From the NCBI GenBank assembly GCA_963707915.1, contig OY970178.1, positions 64,001 through 128,000 on the forward strand: a stretch of DNA of 64,000 nucleotides. The letters are read 5' to 3'. The notes under the pieces were generated by a model. It ran no database searches. It was not told the origin of the DNA and was given only the letters and a program-made list of their open reading frames with translations. The DNA is from Candidatus Eiseniibacteriota bacterium (GTDB lineage Bacteria > Eisenbacteria > RBG-16-71-46). Both the position numbers and the translations under genes were made by a program. Shown one piece after another: positions 8,929 to 21,082 of the stretch (the stretch's first letter is position 1; every line of letters begins with the position of its first letter).

Positions 8929-11037
8929 ATGCGTACCTGGTCCGCCCTGGTGCTCATCGCCCTCGCCGCCCTGCCGGCCCGCGCCGCGGCGGCGTCCGCC
9001 GACCCGCCGTCCGTGAATCCGCTGCTCTCCGAGTGGAAGACGCCCTTCGGCGTGCCGCCCTTCGGCGAGATCAAGCCCGCGCACTTCCTGCCCGCCTTCA
9101 AGGTGGCCATCGCGCAGCAACTCGCCGAGGTCGACGCCATCGCGAAGAACGCGAAGGCGCCCACCTTCGCGAACACCGTCGAGGCCCTCGAGGCGTCCGG
9201 CGGGCTGCTGGACAAGGTGAACGGCGTCTTCGGCAACCTCACCTCGGTCGAGAGCACCGACGAGATGCAGGCGATCGACCGCGAGGTCTCGCCCCTCCTG
9301 GCCGCGCACCAGGACGACATCCGGCTCAACCAGGCGCTCTTCCAGCGGGTCAACGCGGTGTGGGAATCGCGCGCCGGGCTCAAGCTCGCGCCCGACCAGG
9401 CCATGCTGCTCGAGAAGACGTGGAAGGGGTTCGTTCGCGGCGGCGCGCTGCTCACGAAGGAGCAGAAGGAGCGCTTCCGCGTCATCAACACCGAGTTGGC
9501 CGGCCTGGAGGTCAAGTTCGGCGACGACGTGCTCAAGCAGACCAACTCGTACCGGCTGGTCATCGAATCGCCGGCCGACCTGGCCGGGCTCCCGGAGCGC
9601 GTCGTGGCGGGCGCGGCCGACGCCGCGAAGGCCGCGGGGCTCGAGGGCAAGTGGGTCTTCGGCCTGCAGTCGCCCAGCATCTGGCCCTTCCTGCAGTATG
9701 CCGAGAACCGCGATCTGCGCCGTCAGATCTTCCAGGCCTACATCAGCCGCTGCGACCACGGTGACGAGTTCGACAACAAGGCGACGCTGGGACGCATTGC
9801 CGCGCTGCGCGTCGAACGGGCGCAGTTGCTCGGCTTCAGGAGCTACGCCGACTTCGTCCTTGACCAGAACATGGCCAGGACGCCGGCCGGCGTCTATGGG
9901 CTGCTCGACCGGCTGTGGGGGCCCGCCAAGACGATGGCCGGGCGGGAGGCTGCCGACCTGCAGGCGGCGATCCGGACCGACGGGAAGGACTTCGCGCTCG
10001 AGCCGTGGGATTGGTGGTACTACACCGAGAAGGTGCGCAAGGCGCGCTTCGACCTCGACGAGCAGGTGGTGCGCCCGTACTTCGAGCTGGGCCGGGTGAT
10101 CGACGGCGCGTTCTACGTGGCCAACCGGCTCTTCGGGGTCACGTTCACGCCGCTGCCGAACCTCCCGGTCTACAACCCCGAGGTCAAGGCCTACGAGGTG
10201 AAGGACGCGGGCGGCGCGCACCTCGCAGTCTACTACGTGGACTACCATCCGCGGGACAGCAAGCGAGGCGGCGCCTGGTCCAACGAGTTCCGCGGCACCT
10301 GGGTCCGCGACGGCAAGTCGGTCCGCCCGGTGGTCATCAACTGCGGCAACTTCTCGCGCCCGACCGGCGGTGCGCCCGCGCTGCTCTCGCTCGAGGAGGT
10401 GGAGACGCTCTACCACGAGCTCGGGCACGGCCTGAACGCCATGCTCTCGAAGGTGCGCTACTCCAGCCAGGGCAACGTGACGCGCGACTTCGTCGAGCTG
10501 TGCTCGCAGATCATGGAGAACTGGGCGACCGAGCCCGAGGTGCTCAAGATCTATGCGAAGCACTACAAGACCGGCGAGGTCATCCCGATCGAGCTGGTGA
10601 ACAAGCTGAAGCAGGCCGGCAAGTTCAACCAGGGCTTCGCGACCGTCGAGTACCTGGCGGCCTCGTACCTGGACATGGACTGGCACACCCTGGACGAGAC
10701 CCGGCCGCAGGACGTCACCGCCTTCGAAGCCGCGTCGATGTCGAAGATCGGCATGCCGAAGGAGATCGTGCCGCGCTATCGCAGCCCCTACTTCCGGCAC
10801 ATCTTCTCGGGCGGCTACTCGGCGGGCTACTACTCCTACATCTGGGCCGAGGTGCTCTCGGCGGACGCGTTCAAGGCGTTCGAGGAGAAGGGCCTCTTCG
10901 ATCCGGCCACGGCGCGCTCGTTCCGCACCAACATCCTGGAGCGGGGCGCCAGCGAGGAGCCCATGACCCTCTACAAGCGCTTCCGCGGCCGGGAGCCTGC
11001 GGTCGAGCCCCTGCTGGAGAAGCGCGGGCTGAAGTAG
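8929..11037 (+). CDS. dcp: M3 family metallopeptidase (peptidyl-dipeptidase Dcp-like) with signal peptide
   Basis: AAGGAGG RBS. Motifs HELGH (HExxH), 'RDFVELCSQIMENW', 'GGYSAGYYSYIWAEVL' and 'FRGREP'. Confidence 0.92.
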   Translation: MRTWSALVLIALAALPARAAAASADPPSVNPLLSEWKTPFGVPPFGEIKPAHFLPAFKVAIAQQLAEVDAIAKNAKAPTFANTVEALEASGGLLDKVNGVFGNLTSVESTDEMQAIDREVSPLLAAHQDDIRLNQALFQRVNAVWESRAGLKLAPDQAMLLEKTWKGFVRGGALLTKEQKERFRVINTELAGLEVKFGDDVLKQTNSYRLVIESPADLAGLPERVVAGAADAAKAAGLEGKWVFGLQSPSIWPFLQYAENRDLRRQIFQAYISRCDHGDEFDNKATLGRIAALRVERAQLLGFRSYADFVLDQNMARTPAGVYGLLDRLWGPAKTMAGREAADLQAAIRTDGKDFALEPWDWWYYTEKVRKARFDLDEQVVRPYFELGRVIDGAFYVANRLFGVTFTPLPNLPVYNPEVKAYEVKDAGGAHLAVYYVDYHPRDSKRGGAWSNEFRGTWVRDGKSVRPVVINCGNFSRPTGGAPALLSLEEVETLYHELGHGLNAMLSKVRYSSQGNVTRDFVELCSQIMENWATEPEVLKIYAKHYKTGEVIPIELVNKLKQAGKFNQGFATVEYLAASYLDMDWHTLDETRPQDVTAFEAASMSKIGMPKEIVPRYRSPYFRHIFSGGYSAGYYSYIWAEVLSADAFKAFEEKGLFDPATARSFRTNILERGASEEPMTLYKRFRGREPAVEPLLEKRGLK

Positions 11038-11421
11038 CCGGGACCGGAAGACGATGGCGGGGCTCCCCACGGGCCCCGCCGTCGCGGTTCCCGCCGCGGG
11101 GGGGCGCCCGGCCGGGCTTTCGCGGGGCCGCGCGGCGGGCCACCCGGTCGGCGCAGCGCCCGCCCCCGGTCCGGGAACCCGGAGAAGGCCTGTCACCCGG
11201 ACCGGCAACTGAGGTACACTGCGGGCGTCGCTGCTGCCGACGGGAGAGGACTCAGCGCCCGGCGGGGGACCATCCCGTGCGGGTGCATGCCGCGAGCCGT
11301 CTCCGTCCGCGATTCATGGCGTCCGGTATCGTCATGGGGCGCAGGGAATCCGCGTGGTGACCGCCGCATCCCAAATATCGTCATTCCACGTGCGGGTTCT
11401 CCCGAATCTGGAGGTGAGGTC

Positions 11422-12018
11422 ATGAAGCGTTCCGCGGTGGTCGTGGTGATGTCGCTGGCGCTCGCCGGTATCGCATGGGGACAGGAGCCCGTGGACCTGA
11501 AGCAGCCGGTCCTGGCGACTCCCAAGCCGGAGCCCGCGCCGGTCGTTCCGCTGACCCCGACCGGGACCATCTCGTCCACGGTCCAGGACATCGGGCCCGG
11601 CGACCAGGCGCCCCCGTTCCAGCTCGACAGCTCGCTGGGCGGCCAGGTGAGGCAGTCGGATCTCAGGGGCCACTGGTCGGTCATGCTGTTCGACGAGTTG
11701 CGGACGGACCTGGCCCCGCTCGGGGCGACGGCGGACTCGATCCGCGCGCTGGGGGCCCGCACCTACGCCGTCTGCCCGGACGGCGCCCCCGCGCTCAAGG
11801 CGTTCGGCGAGCGCGAGCGGCTCGAGTTCCCGCTGTTGTCGGATCCCACCCGCGAGATCTCGCAGCTGTTCGGCATGTACGACGACGTCAACCAGGCCAT
11901 CCAGTCCGGCGTCGTGATCGTGGACCAGAAGGGCGTCGTGCGCATGACGCTCCAGGGTCCCTTCCTGCACGCGGACGAGTTGCTCCGGATGGTGAAGCAC
12001 GTGATCCAAGGCGCCTGA
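11422..12018 (+). CDS. Exported AhpC/TSA (peroxiredoxin/redoxin)-fold protein lacking the peroxidatic Cys motif
   Basis: GGAGGT RBS and signal peptide. Motifs 'GDQAPPFQL', 'FPLLSDP' and 'VIVDQKGVVR'. No PxxxTxxC. Confidence 0.75.
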   Translation: MKRSAVVVVMSLALAGIAWGQEPVDLKQPVLATPKPEPAPVVPLTPTGTISSTVQDIGPGDQAPPFQLDSSLGGQVRQSDLRGHWSVMLFDELRTDLAPLGATADSIRALGARTYAVCPDGAPALKAFGERERLEFPLLSDPTREISQLFGMYDDVNQAIQSGVVIVDQKGVVRMTLQGPFLHADELLRMVKHVIQGA

Positions 12019-12043
12019 GACCTCGTTCGAAGAAGGAGATTCG

Positions 12044-14296
12044 ATGTCCCTCGAGATCGCGCGGGCGCTCTACGCGAGCATGCCCCGCCGCTGTGCGGAG
12101 GCCCGGGAGCGCTTCGGCCGCCCGCTGACCTTCGCGGACAAGATCCTGGTGGCCCACGCGGACGACTTCGCCACCCAGGACTGGACGCGGGGGCGGGCCA
12201 TGCTGGCCCTGAGGCCCGACCGGGTCGCGATGCAGGACGCCACGGCCCAGATGGCCCTCCTGCAGTTCATGCAGTCGGGGCGTGAGCGCGTCGCGGTCCC
12301 CAGCACGATCCACTGCGACCACCTGATCCGGGCCCGCTCGGGGGCCGCCGAGGACCTGGCGCGGGCGCTGGGCGACAATCGCGAGGTCTACGCGTTCCTG
12401 TCGTCGGCGGCGCGCAAGTACGGCATCGGCTTCTGGCCGCCCGGGGCCGGCATCATCCACCAGGTGGTGCTGGAGAACTACGCCTTCCCGGGCGGGCTGA
12501 TGATCGGCACCGACTCGCACACCCCGAACGGCGGCGGGCTGGGCATGCTGGCCGTGGGGGTCGGGGGCGCCGACGCCGGCGAGGTGATGGCCGGCCTGGC
12601 GTGGGAGGTGCTCGCCCCGAAGCTCATCGGCGTGCGGCTGCGCGGACGGCTCTCCGGCTGGACCTCGCCGAAGGACGTCATCCTGCGGCTCTGCGGCCTG
12701 CTCACGGTCAAGGGCGGCACCAACCAGGTGCTCGAGTTCTTCGGCGAGGGCGCGGCTTCGATCTCCTGCACGGGCAAGGCGACCATCACGAACATGGGCG
12801 CCGAGCTCGGGGCGACCGGCTCGATCTTCCCCTTCGACCGGAAGATGGAGTCCTACCTGCGGGTCACCGGGCGCGCCGGACTGGCTGACCTGGCCGTCGA
12901 GAACCGCGCGTTGCTGGGGCCCGACCCCGAGGTGCTGGAGGACCCGGAGCGCTTCTACGACCAGGTCGTGGACCTGGATCTCTCCGCGCTCGAGGCCCAG
13001 GTCGTGGGCCCGCACACGCCCGACCTGGCCCGCCCGGTGTCGCGCATGGGCGCGGACGCGCGCGAGCACGGCTATCCGGTCGAGTTGCGCGCCGCGCTCA
13101 TCGGGTCGTGCACGAACTCCTCGTACGAGGACATGAGCCGCGCGGCGGCGGTGGCCCGCCAGGGCCTGGCCGCCGGTCTCAAGTCCCGGATCCCGCTCTA
13201 CGTCACCCCCGGCTCGACCCGAATCTACGACACGCTCGAGCGCGACGGCATGCTCGAGACCTTCCGCCGGATGGGGGCGACGGTGCTGGCCAACGCCTGC
13301 GGCCCCTGCATCGGGCAGTGGAGCCGGGCGGACGCGGTGCCGGGGCGCGCGGATTCGATCGTCTCGTCGTTCAACCGCAACTTCCCCGGCCGCAACGACG
13401 GGCTGGCCGAGACCCTGTCGTTCCTCGCCAGTCCCGAGATCGTCACCGCCCTGGCGTTCGCCGGGCGGCTCGACTTCGATCCGCTGAACGGCGCGCTCGA
13501 GGCCGCGGACGGCACCGCGCTGCGCTTCTCCGCGCCGCAGGGCGACGAGCACCCCGCGCGCGGGTTCGTCGAGGGGGACGGGGGCTACGTCGCTCCGGCG
13601 GCCAGCGGCGCGCGCATCGAGATCGAGCTGGCGCCGGACAGCGAGCGCATCCAGCTGCTCGCGCCCTTCGCGCGCTGGGACGGGAGGGACTTCGAAGGCC
13701 TGCCGGTCCTGGTGAAGACGCAGGGCAAGACCACGACCGACCACATCTCTCCGGCGGGGGCATGGCTGCGTTACCGCGGCCACCTCGACAAGATCAGCGA
13801 CAACATGTTCCTCGGCGCCACCAACGCGTTCTCGGAGGAGCGCGGGCGGGGGACCGACGTGCTCACCGGGGAAGGCGGCCTCGCCATCGCCGAGATCGCG
13901 CGCCGCTACAAGGCCCGGGGACTGGGCTCGGCGGTCATCGGCGACGAGAATTACGGCGAAGGCAGCAGCCGCGAGCACGCGGCGATGTCCCCGCGGCACC
14001 TCGGCGTGAAGGTGGTCATCGCCCGCTCCTTCGCGCGCATCCACGAGACCAACCTCAAGAAGCAGGGCATCCTTCCGCTGGTCTTCGCCGACCCGTCCGA
14101 CTGGGACCGGATCGAGCGCGATGACCGCGTGAGCGTCACCGGGCTGGCCGCACTGGCACCCGGGCAGCCCGTCCGGGTCGGGATCGTGAAGCCCGATGGC
14201 CGCCGTCTCGAGTTCGAGGCCCGGCACAGCCTCACGGCCCGGCAGATCGAATGGTTCAAGGCCGGCTCGGCCCTGAACGCGCTCCGTCACGATTGA
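12044..14296 (+). CDS. acnA: Aconitate hydratase (mitochondrial-like AcnA group)
   Basis: Motifs '[13 protein letters not shown]', 'HCDHLI', '[11 protein letters not shown]', '[11 protein letters not shown]', '[10 protein letters not shown]', 'TTDHISPAG' and '[12 protein letters not shown]'. Confidence 0.95.
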   Translation: MSLEIARALYASMPRRCAEARERFGRPLTFADKILVAHADDFATQDWTRGRAMLALRPDRVAMQDATAQMALLQFMQSGRERVAVPSTIHCDHLIRARSGAAEDLARALGDNREVYAFLSSAARKYGIGFWPPGAGIIHQVVLENYAFPGGLMIGTDSHTPNGGGLGMLAVGVGGADAGEVMAGLAWEVLAPKLIGVRLRGRLSGWTSPKDVILRLCGLLTVKGGTNQVLEFFGEGAASISCTGKATITNMGAELGATGSIFPFDRKMESYLRVTGRAGLADLAVENRALLGPDPEVLEDPERFYDQVVDLDLSALEAQVVGPHTPDLARPVSRMGADAREHGYPVELRAALIGSCTNSSYEDMSRAAAVARQGLAAGLKSRIPLYVTPGSTRIYDTLERDGMLETFRRMGATVLANACGPCIGQWSRADAVPGRADSIVSSFNRNFPGRNDGLAETLSFLASPEIVTALAFAGRLDFDPLNGALEAADGTALRFSAPQGDEHPARGFVEGDGGYVAPAASGARIEIELAPDSERIQLLAPFARWDGRDFEGLPVLVKTQGKTTTDHISPAGAWLRYRGHLDKISDNMFLGATNAFSEERGRGTDVLTGEGGLAIAEIARRYKARGLGSAVIGDENYGEGSSREHAAMSPRHLGVKVVIARSFARIHETNLKKQGILPLVFADPSDWDRIERDDRVSVTGLAALAPGQPVRVGIVKPDGRRLEFEARHSLTARQIEWFKAGSALNALRHD

Positions 14297-14315
14297 GAAA
14301 GGGCCAGAACCCCGC

Positions 14316-15605
<1,290 letters not shown>

Positions 15606-15624
15606 ACCACGGGAGACAGACGCC

Positions 15625-16911
<1,287 letters not shown>

Positions 16912-16936
16912 TCCCGGCCGTCACGCCCGGAACGCC

Positions 16937-16964
16937 ACGGGGCCCCGCTCGCGCGGGGCCCCGT
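16937..16964. terminator. Hairpin between convergent gltA and pmbA, probable terminator
   Basis: 12-bp stem ACGGGGCCCCGC/GCGGGGCCCCGT with a 4-nt loop. Weak U-tail. Confidence 0.6.
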
Positions 16965-16997
16965 CGTTCGATGCGGCCGGCGGCCGCGGCGGCGGTC

Positions 16998-18332
16998 CTA
17001 GCCCGACTTCCCGCCCACCGTGATCTCGGCGAACTTGATGGTCGGCGCCGCGACCGAGTCGCGCAGTTCGAGGTCGTTCCCCACCATCTCGACGTTCTGC
17101 AGCAGCGTGCCGAGGTTGGCGGAGATGGTGATCTCGGACACCGGGAAGGCCAGCGCGCCCTTCTCGATCCACATGCCGAACGCGCCCACCGAGATGTCGC
17201 CAGTGGTCGCCTCCTGCCCGAGCCCGAGGTAGCGGGTGAGGTAGAGGCCCTTGTCCACCGACTGGATGATGTCCTCGGGGCTGGACGGGCCGGCGGCCCA
17301 GTAGAAGTTGTTGGGGCCGTCGGCGTTCCCGGTCGAGCGCTGCTTGAGCTTCTTGCCCCAGTAGGTGTCGAGCAGGTAGCTCTTCAACACACCCTGCTCG
17401 ATGACCCCGAGCCGGCGACAGGGGACGCCCTCGCTGTCGAACGGGATGGTCCCGCGACCGCCGACCAGCAGGCCGTCGTCGACGATGTTGACCTTCTCGT
17501 TGCCGATCTTCGTGCCCAGCTTGTCGGCGAGGAACGACTGCCGCCGCGCCACGCTGATCCCGGTCAGGCACTGCGCCAGGAAGCCGAGCAGCCAGGCGCC
17601 CATCTGCGGGTCGAACACCACCGGGACGTTCTGGGTCTCGACCATGCGGCCGCCGAGCAGGCGGGTGACGCGCTCCACCGCGACCTTGCCGAGGGCCTCG
17701 GGCGCCTTCAGGTCCGAGAGCTGGGTCGAGGAATCGCCCCAGTAGTCCTCGAACAGGTTGGTGCCCTCGCCGCCCTGGAAGCCGACGCCGCAGTTGATCA
17801 GGCTGCGCTGGTAGGAGTCGGCGAAGCCCTTCGAGTTGGCCAGCGTCACGTTCCAGTTGAACGAGTTGCAGCTGGCCCCGGTGGACTTCTTGATCTTCGG
17901 TTCCCTGAGGCCCACGGCCTCCATCGCCTTGGCGATGGCGATGCGCCGCTCGGGCGTCACCTCGGCCACCGCGGGGTCGTAGATCTTGAGGTCCGCGGCC
18001 TTCGCCTGCACCGGCTCCGCGTCGGGCAGCCCGCCGAACGGATCCTGGCCGGCCAGCCGGGCGCGCGAGACGGCGTTGTCCATCAGCCGGTTGAGGGTCT
18101 CGGGCGTGAAGTCCGAGGACGACGCGCTGGCGGCCTTGCCGTCGACGAAGACGCGCAGGCTGAGGCCCTTGAAGACCGACTCGGTGAGCCGGTCGATGTT
18201 CTGGTCGAGGATGCTGAGGCGGGACTCGAGGCCCTCCTGGATGGACACCTCGACCTCCGAGGCGCCCTGCCTGGTGCCGTAGGCCACCAGGCCCTGGGCC
18301 AGCCCCATCCGATCGACGTTCTTGGCGCTCAT
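16998..18332 (-). CDS. pmbA: TldD/PmbA family protein, PmbA (TldE) subunit
   Basis: C-terminal part of the 16998..20276 ORF starting MSAKNVDR. Motifs 'PFDSEGVP', 'STGNA', 'TGDISVGAFG' and 'PVSEITISANL'. No HExxxH. Start overlaps the tldD stop. Confidence 0.88.
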   Translation of the reverse strand: MSAKNVDRMGLAQGLVAYGTRQGASEVEVSIQEGLESRLSILDQNIDRLTESVFKGLSLRVFVDGKAASASSSDFTPETLNRLMDNAVSRARLAGQDPFGGLPDAEPVQAKAADLKIYDPAVAEVTPERRIAIAKAMEAVGLREPKIKKSTGASCNSFNWNVTLANSKGFADSYQRSLINCGVGFQGGEGTNLFEDYWGDSSTQLSDLKAPEALGKVAVERVTRLLGGRMVETQNVPVVFDPQMGAWLLGFLAQCLTGISVARRQSFLADKLGTKIGNEKVNIVDDGLLVGGRGTIPFDSEGVPCRRLGVIEQGVLKSYLLDTYWGKKLKQRSTGNADGPNNFYWAAGPSSPEDIIQSVDKGLYLTRYLGLGQEATTGDISVGAFGMWIEKGALAFPVSEITISANLGTLLQNVEMVGNDLELRDSVAAPTIKFAEITVGGKSG

Positions 18333-19858
18333 GACCGACCTCCCACCGTCATCTGCCGGATCTTGAAGGTCGGCGTGCCCGCGGTGACCGCCGCGGTCTG
18401 GCCATCCTTGCCGCAGGAGCCCAGGAAGAACGCCAGGTCGTTGCCGATCATCTCGACCTCTTTCAGGATCTGGACGTTGGTGCCGATCAGCGTGGCGTTC
18501 TTCACCGGCCGCGTGAGCTTGCCGTCCTCGATGGCGTAGCCGAGGTTGACCGAGAACGTGAACTTGCCGGTGTTCTCGACCATGCCGCCGGCGTAGCTGT
18601 CGGCGTAGAACCCCTTCTTGACCGACCGGATGATGTCCTCGGCGCTCGCCGTGCCGGGCGCGAGCACGGTGTTGTTCATGCGCGGGATCGGGACGTTGCT
18701 GAAGCTCTGGCGCCGCCCGTGCCCGTTGGGCGCGGTCTTCAGGATCCGCGCCGAGAGCCGGTCGTGCAGGTAGCTCACCAGCCGCCCGTTCTCGATCAGC
18801 ATCACCTTGCTGGTCGGCGTGCCCTCGTCGTCGATGTTGAGGCTGCCGCGGTAGTGCGGGATGGTGGCGTCGTCGTAGATCGTCACGCTCGGGTCGGCCA
18901 CCATCTGCCCCAGCTTGTCCCACATGATCGAGGTCTTCTGCCAGTTGCCGTCGGCCTCGAGCGGGTGGCCCACCGCCTCGTGGACCATCACCCCCGAGTG
19001 GAAGCGGCCCAGCACGACCGGCATCTCGCCCGGCGCCGGATCCGCGGCCGCGAGCAGGGTGACCGCCTCCTTCCCGGCCGCCTCGCCGATCTCCTTCGGG
19101 GTGGTGCCGGCGGTGCGGTAGAAGGTCATGCCGACGCGGCCGCCCCGGTTGCTGGAACCGGTGACGCGCTTGCCGTTCTCCTCGGCGGTCGCGCTCGCCC
19201 GCAGTCGCGCCTGCGGCCGCGCGTCGGAGACCATCAGCCCCTCGCTGTTGACGATGGTCACGCACTGCAGCGAGTCGCCGAGGCTGGCGACCACCTTGGT
19301 GATGCGTGGGTCGTGGGCCTTGGCCGCGGCGTAGGCCTCCTTGACCAGCGTGATCCGGTCGCCCAGCGGGGCTTCGGCGAACGGGCTGGCCATCAGGTAG
19401 ACCTGCCGGCCCGGCTCCACCGGCTTGATCGCGGCCGCGCGGACCCTGGCGCCCGACGAGGCGATCGCCGCGGCCGTCAGCGCGGCGCGTTTCATGGTCT
19501 CGGGCGAGAGGTCCGAGGTGTAGGCGTAGCCGGTCTGCTTGCCGTTCAGCACGCGGATCCCGACGCCGAGCGTGATGTCCTCGGCGGACTCGCGGATGAT
19601 GTCGTCCTCCATCACGACGGAGTTGTTCAGCGCGTACTCGAAGAACAGCTCGGCGAAGTCGCCGCCCTTGGAGAGGGCCGCCTCGAGCACCTTCTTCATG
19701 ACGTCCTTCGTGACCCCGAAGCGGCTCGCGAACAGTTCCTCGCCCGGCTTGAGGATCACCCCGGCGAACAGCTGGTCGTAGAACAGGCTCGAGAGCACGA
19801 CGGCCCCGGCCCCGGCCCCGGCGAGCTGGAGGAACTTCCGTCGTTCGATCGGCTTCAT
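18329..19858 (-). CDS. tldD: TldD metalloprotease with an N-terminal twin-arginine signal
   Basis: HEAVGHPLEAD (HExxxH), 'DDEGTP', 'PIPRMNNT' and 'GSCGKDGQ'. N-terminus MKPIERRKFLQLAGAGAGAVV. Confidence 0.92.
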   Translation of the reverse strand: MKPIERRKFLQLAGAGAGAVVLSSLFYDQLFAGVILKPGEELFASRFGVTKDVMKKVLEAALSKGGDFAELFFEYALNNSVVMEDDIIRESAEDITLGVGIRVLNGKQTGYAYTSDLSPETMKRAALTAAAIASSGARVRAAAIKPVEPGRQVYLMASPFAEAPLGDRITLVKEAYAAAKAHDPRITKVVASLGDSLQCVTIVNSEGLMVSDARPQARLRASATAEENGKRVTGSSNRGGRVGMTFYRTAGTTPKEIGEAAGKEAVTLLAAADPAPGEMPVVLGRFHSGVMVHEAVGHPLEADGNWQKTSIMWDKLGQMVADPSVTIYDDATIPHYRGSLNIDDEGTPTSKVMLIENGRLVSYLHDRLSARILKTAPNGHGRRQSFSNVPIPRMNNTVLAPGTASAEDIIRSVKKGFYADSYAGGMVENTGKFTFSVNLGYAIEDGKLTRPVKNATLIGTNVQILKEVEMIGNDLAFFLGSCGKDGQTAAVTAGTPTFKIRQMTVGGRS

Positions 19859-20133
19859 CCCTTGTTCCCTCCCCAGGAGAGCGTGGCGCACGGCGGCTGG
19901 AGCGCCGTCGTCGCGATGAGTGGATGCGGGATGATACGCGACCCGGCGCGCGGGGCCGGGGTGTCCGGGTGACGGAAGCGGGAATCCGCGTGACGAACGG
20001 GTGGCGGGCCGCGCGCCGGGCGCGACCCCGTGGACTTGCCGTGCGGGGCGCGATAGGCTGCGCTGTGGTTGCACGCAGGGTGCGCGGCCCCGCCCGCCCT
20101 GTCCTTGCCGGCCCCTGACCAGGAGGAACCCTG

Positions 20134-20994
20134 ATGCGCACGAATGTCTCCACCGCCGTGCTGGCTGCGGTCCTTGCCACCGCGCTGCTCGCACCGGCCG
20201 CCCACGCGCAGCTCAAGCTGCCGCGCGTGAGCCCGGCCGCCACCGTGACGCAGACGATCGGCCTCACCGACCTCACCGTGGCCTACTGCCGTCCGGGCGT
20301 GAAGGGCCGTGTGATCTGGGGCGACCTGGTGCCCTACGACACGCCCTGGCGCACGGGTGCGAACGAGGCGACCCGCTTCACCACCACCGATCCGATCCAG
20401 TTCGGCGGCAAGGAACTCGCCGCCGGCACCTACTCGCTCTTCACCATCCCGGGCAAGGACGAGTGGATCGTGGTGATCAACTCCGAGAAGGACCTGTGGG
20501 GCGCCTACGAGTACAAGCCGGAGAAGGACGTGATGCGCGTCACGGTGAAGCCCACCGTCGTCGAGCCCCAGGAGTGGATGGAGTTCACGTTCGAGGACCT
20601 GACGGCCAACTCCGCGAACCTGGTGCTGCGCTGGGAGAAGCTGCGCGTCGCGGTGCCGGTCGTGGTGGACGCGAACGGCAAGACGCTGGCGGGCGCCCGC
20701 GCGGCAATCGAGGCGGCGAAGAGCGACGACTGGCGCACGCCCTACCAGGCCGCGAACTTCTGCTTCACCAACGACGTGGCGCTCGAGGAAGGCTGGAAGT
20801 GGCTCGAGAAGTCGGTCGCGGTCCAGCCGACTTGGCAGAACCTGGGCCTGCAGGCGCGCTGGCAGGCGAAGCAGGGCAACAAGGCCGAGGCGCTCAAGAC
20901 CGCCGGGAAGGCGCTCGAGCTGGCGAAGGCGAGCAAGGACAAGGTCGACACCAGCGCGCTCGAGAAGCTGATGGCGGAGTGGAAGGCCAAGTAG
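20134..20994 (+). CDS. DUF2911 domain protein with a C-terminal helical/TPR-like region
   Basis: AGGAGG RBS and signal peptide. Motifs 'PRVSPAATVTQTIG', 'YCRPGVKGRVIWG', 'WRTGANEAT' and 'GTYSLFTIP'. Confidence 0.88.
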   Translation: MRTNVSTAVLAAVLATALLAPAAHAQLKLPRVSPAATVTQTIGLTDLTVAYCRPGVKGRVIWGDLVPYDTPWRTGANEATRFTTTDPIQFGGKELAAGTYSLFTIPGKDEWIVVINSEKDLWGAYEYKPEKDVMRVTVKPTVVEPQEWMEFTFEDLTANSANLVLRWEKLRVAVPVVVDANGKTLAGARAAIEAAKSDDWRTPYQAANFCFTNDVALEEGWKWLEKSVAVQPTWQNLGLQARWQAKQGNKAEALKTAGKALELAKASKDKVDTSALEKLMAEWKAK

Positions 20995-21013
20995 CGACCG
21001 TTTCGCGCACGAC

Positions 21014-21049
21014 ACGAACGCCCGCGGCCATCCGGCTGCGGGCGTTCGT
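21014..21049. terminator. Probable bidirectional terminator hairpin
   Basis: 16-bp stem ACGAACGCCCGCGGCC/GGCTGCGGGCGTTCGT between convergent genes. Confidence 0.65.
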
Positions 21050-21082
21050 CTTGCGGCGCAGCCGTTGCGGGCGGCGGAGCCG

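Noticed and set aside
16998..20276. Apparent 1092-aa PmbA fusion; similarly 52207..54849 (potC start joined to potD) and 46522..48909
   Set aside because: The upstream parts are off-frame overlaps of neighbouring genes. Real starts have their own RBS or overlap at 18332, 53809 and 47722.
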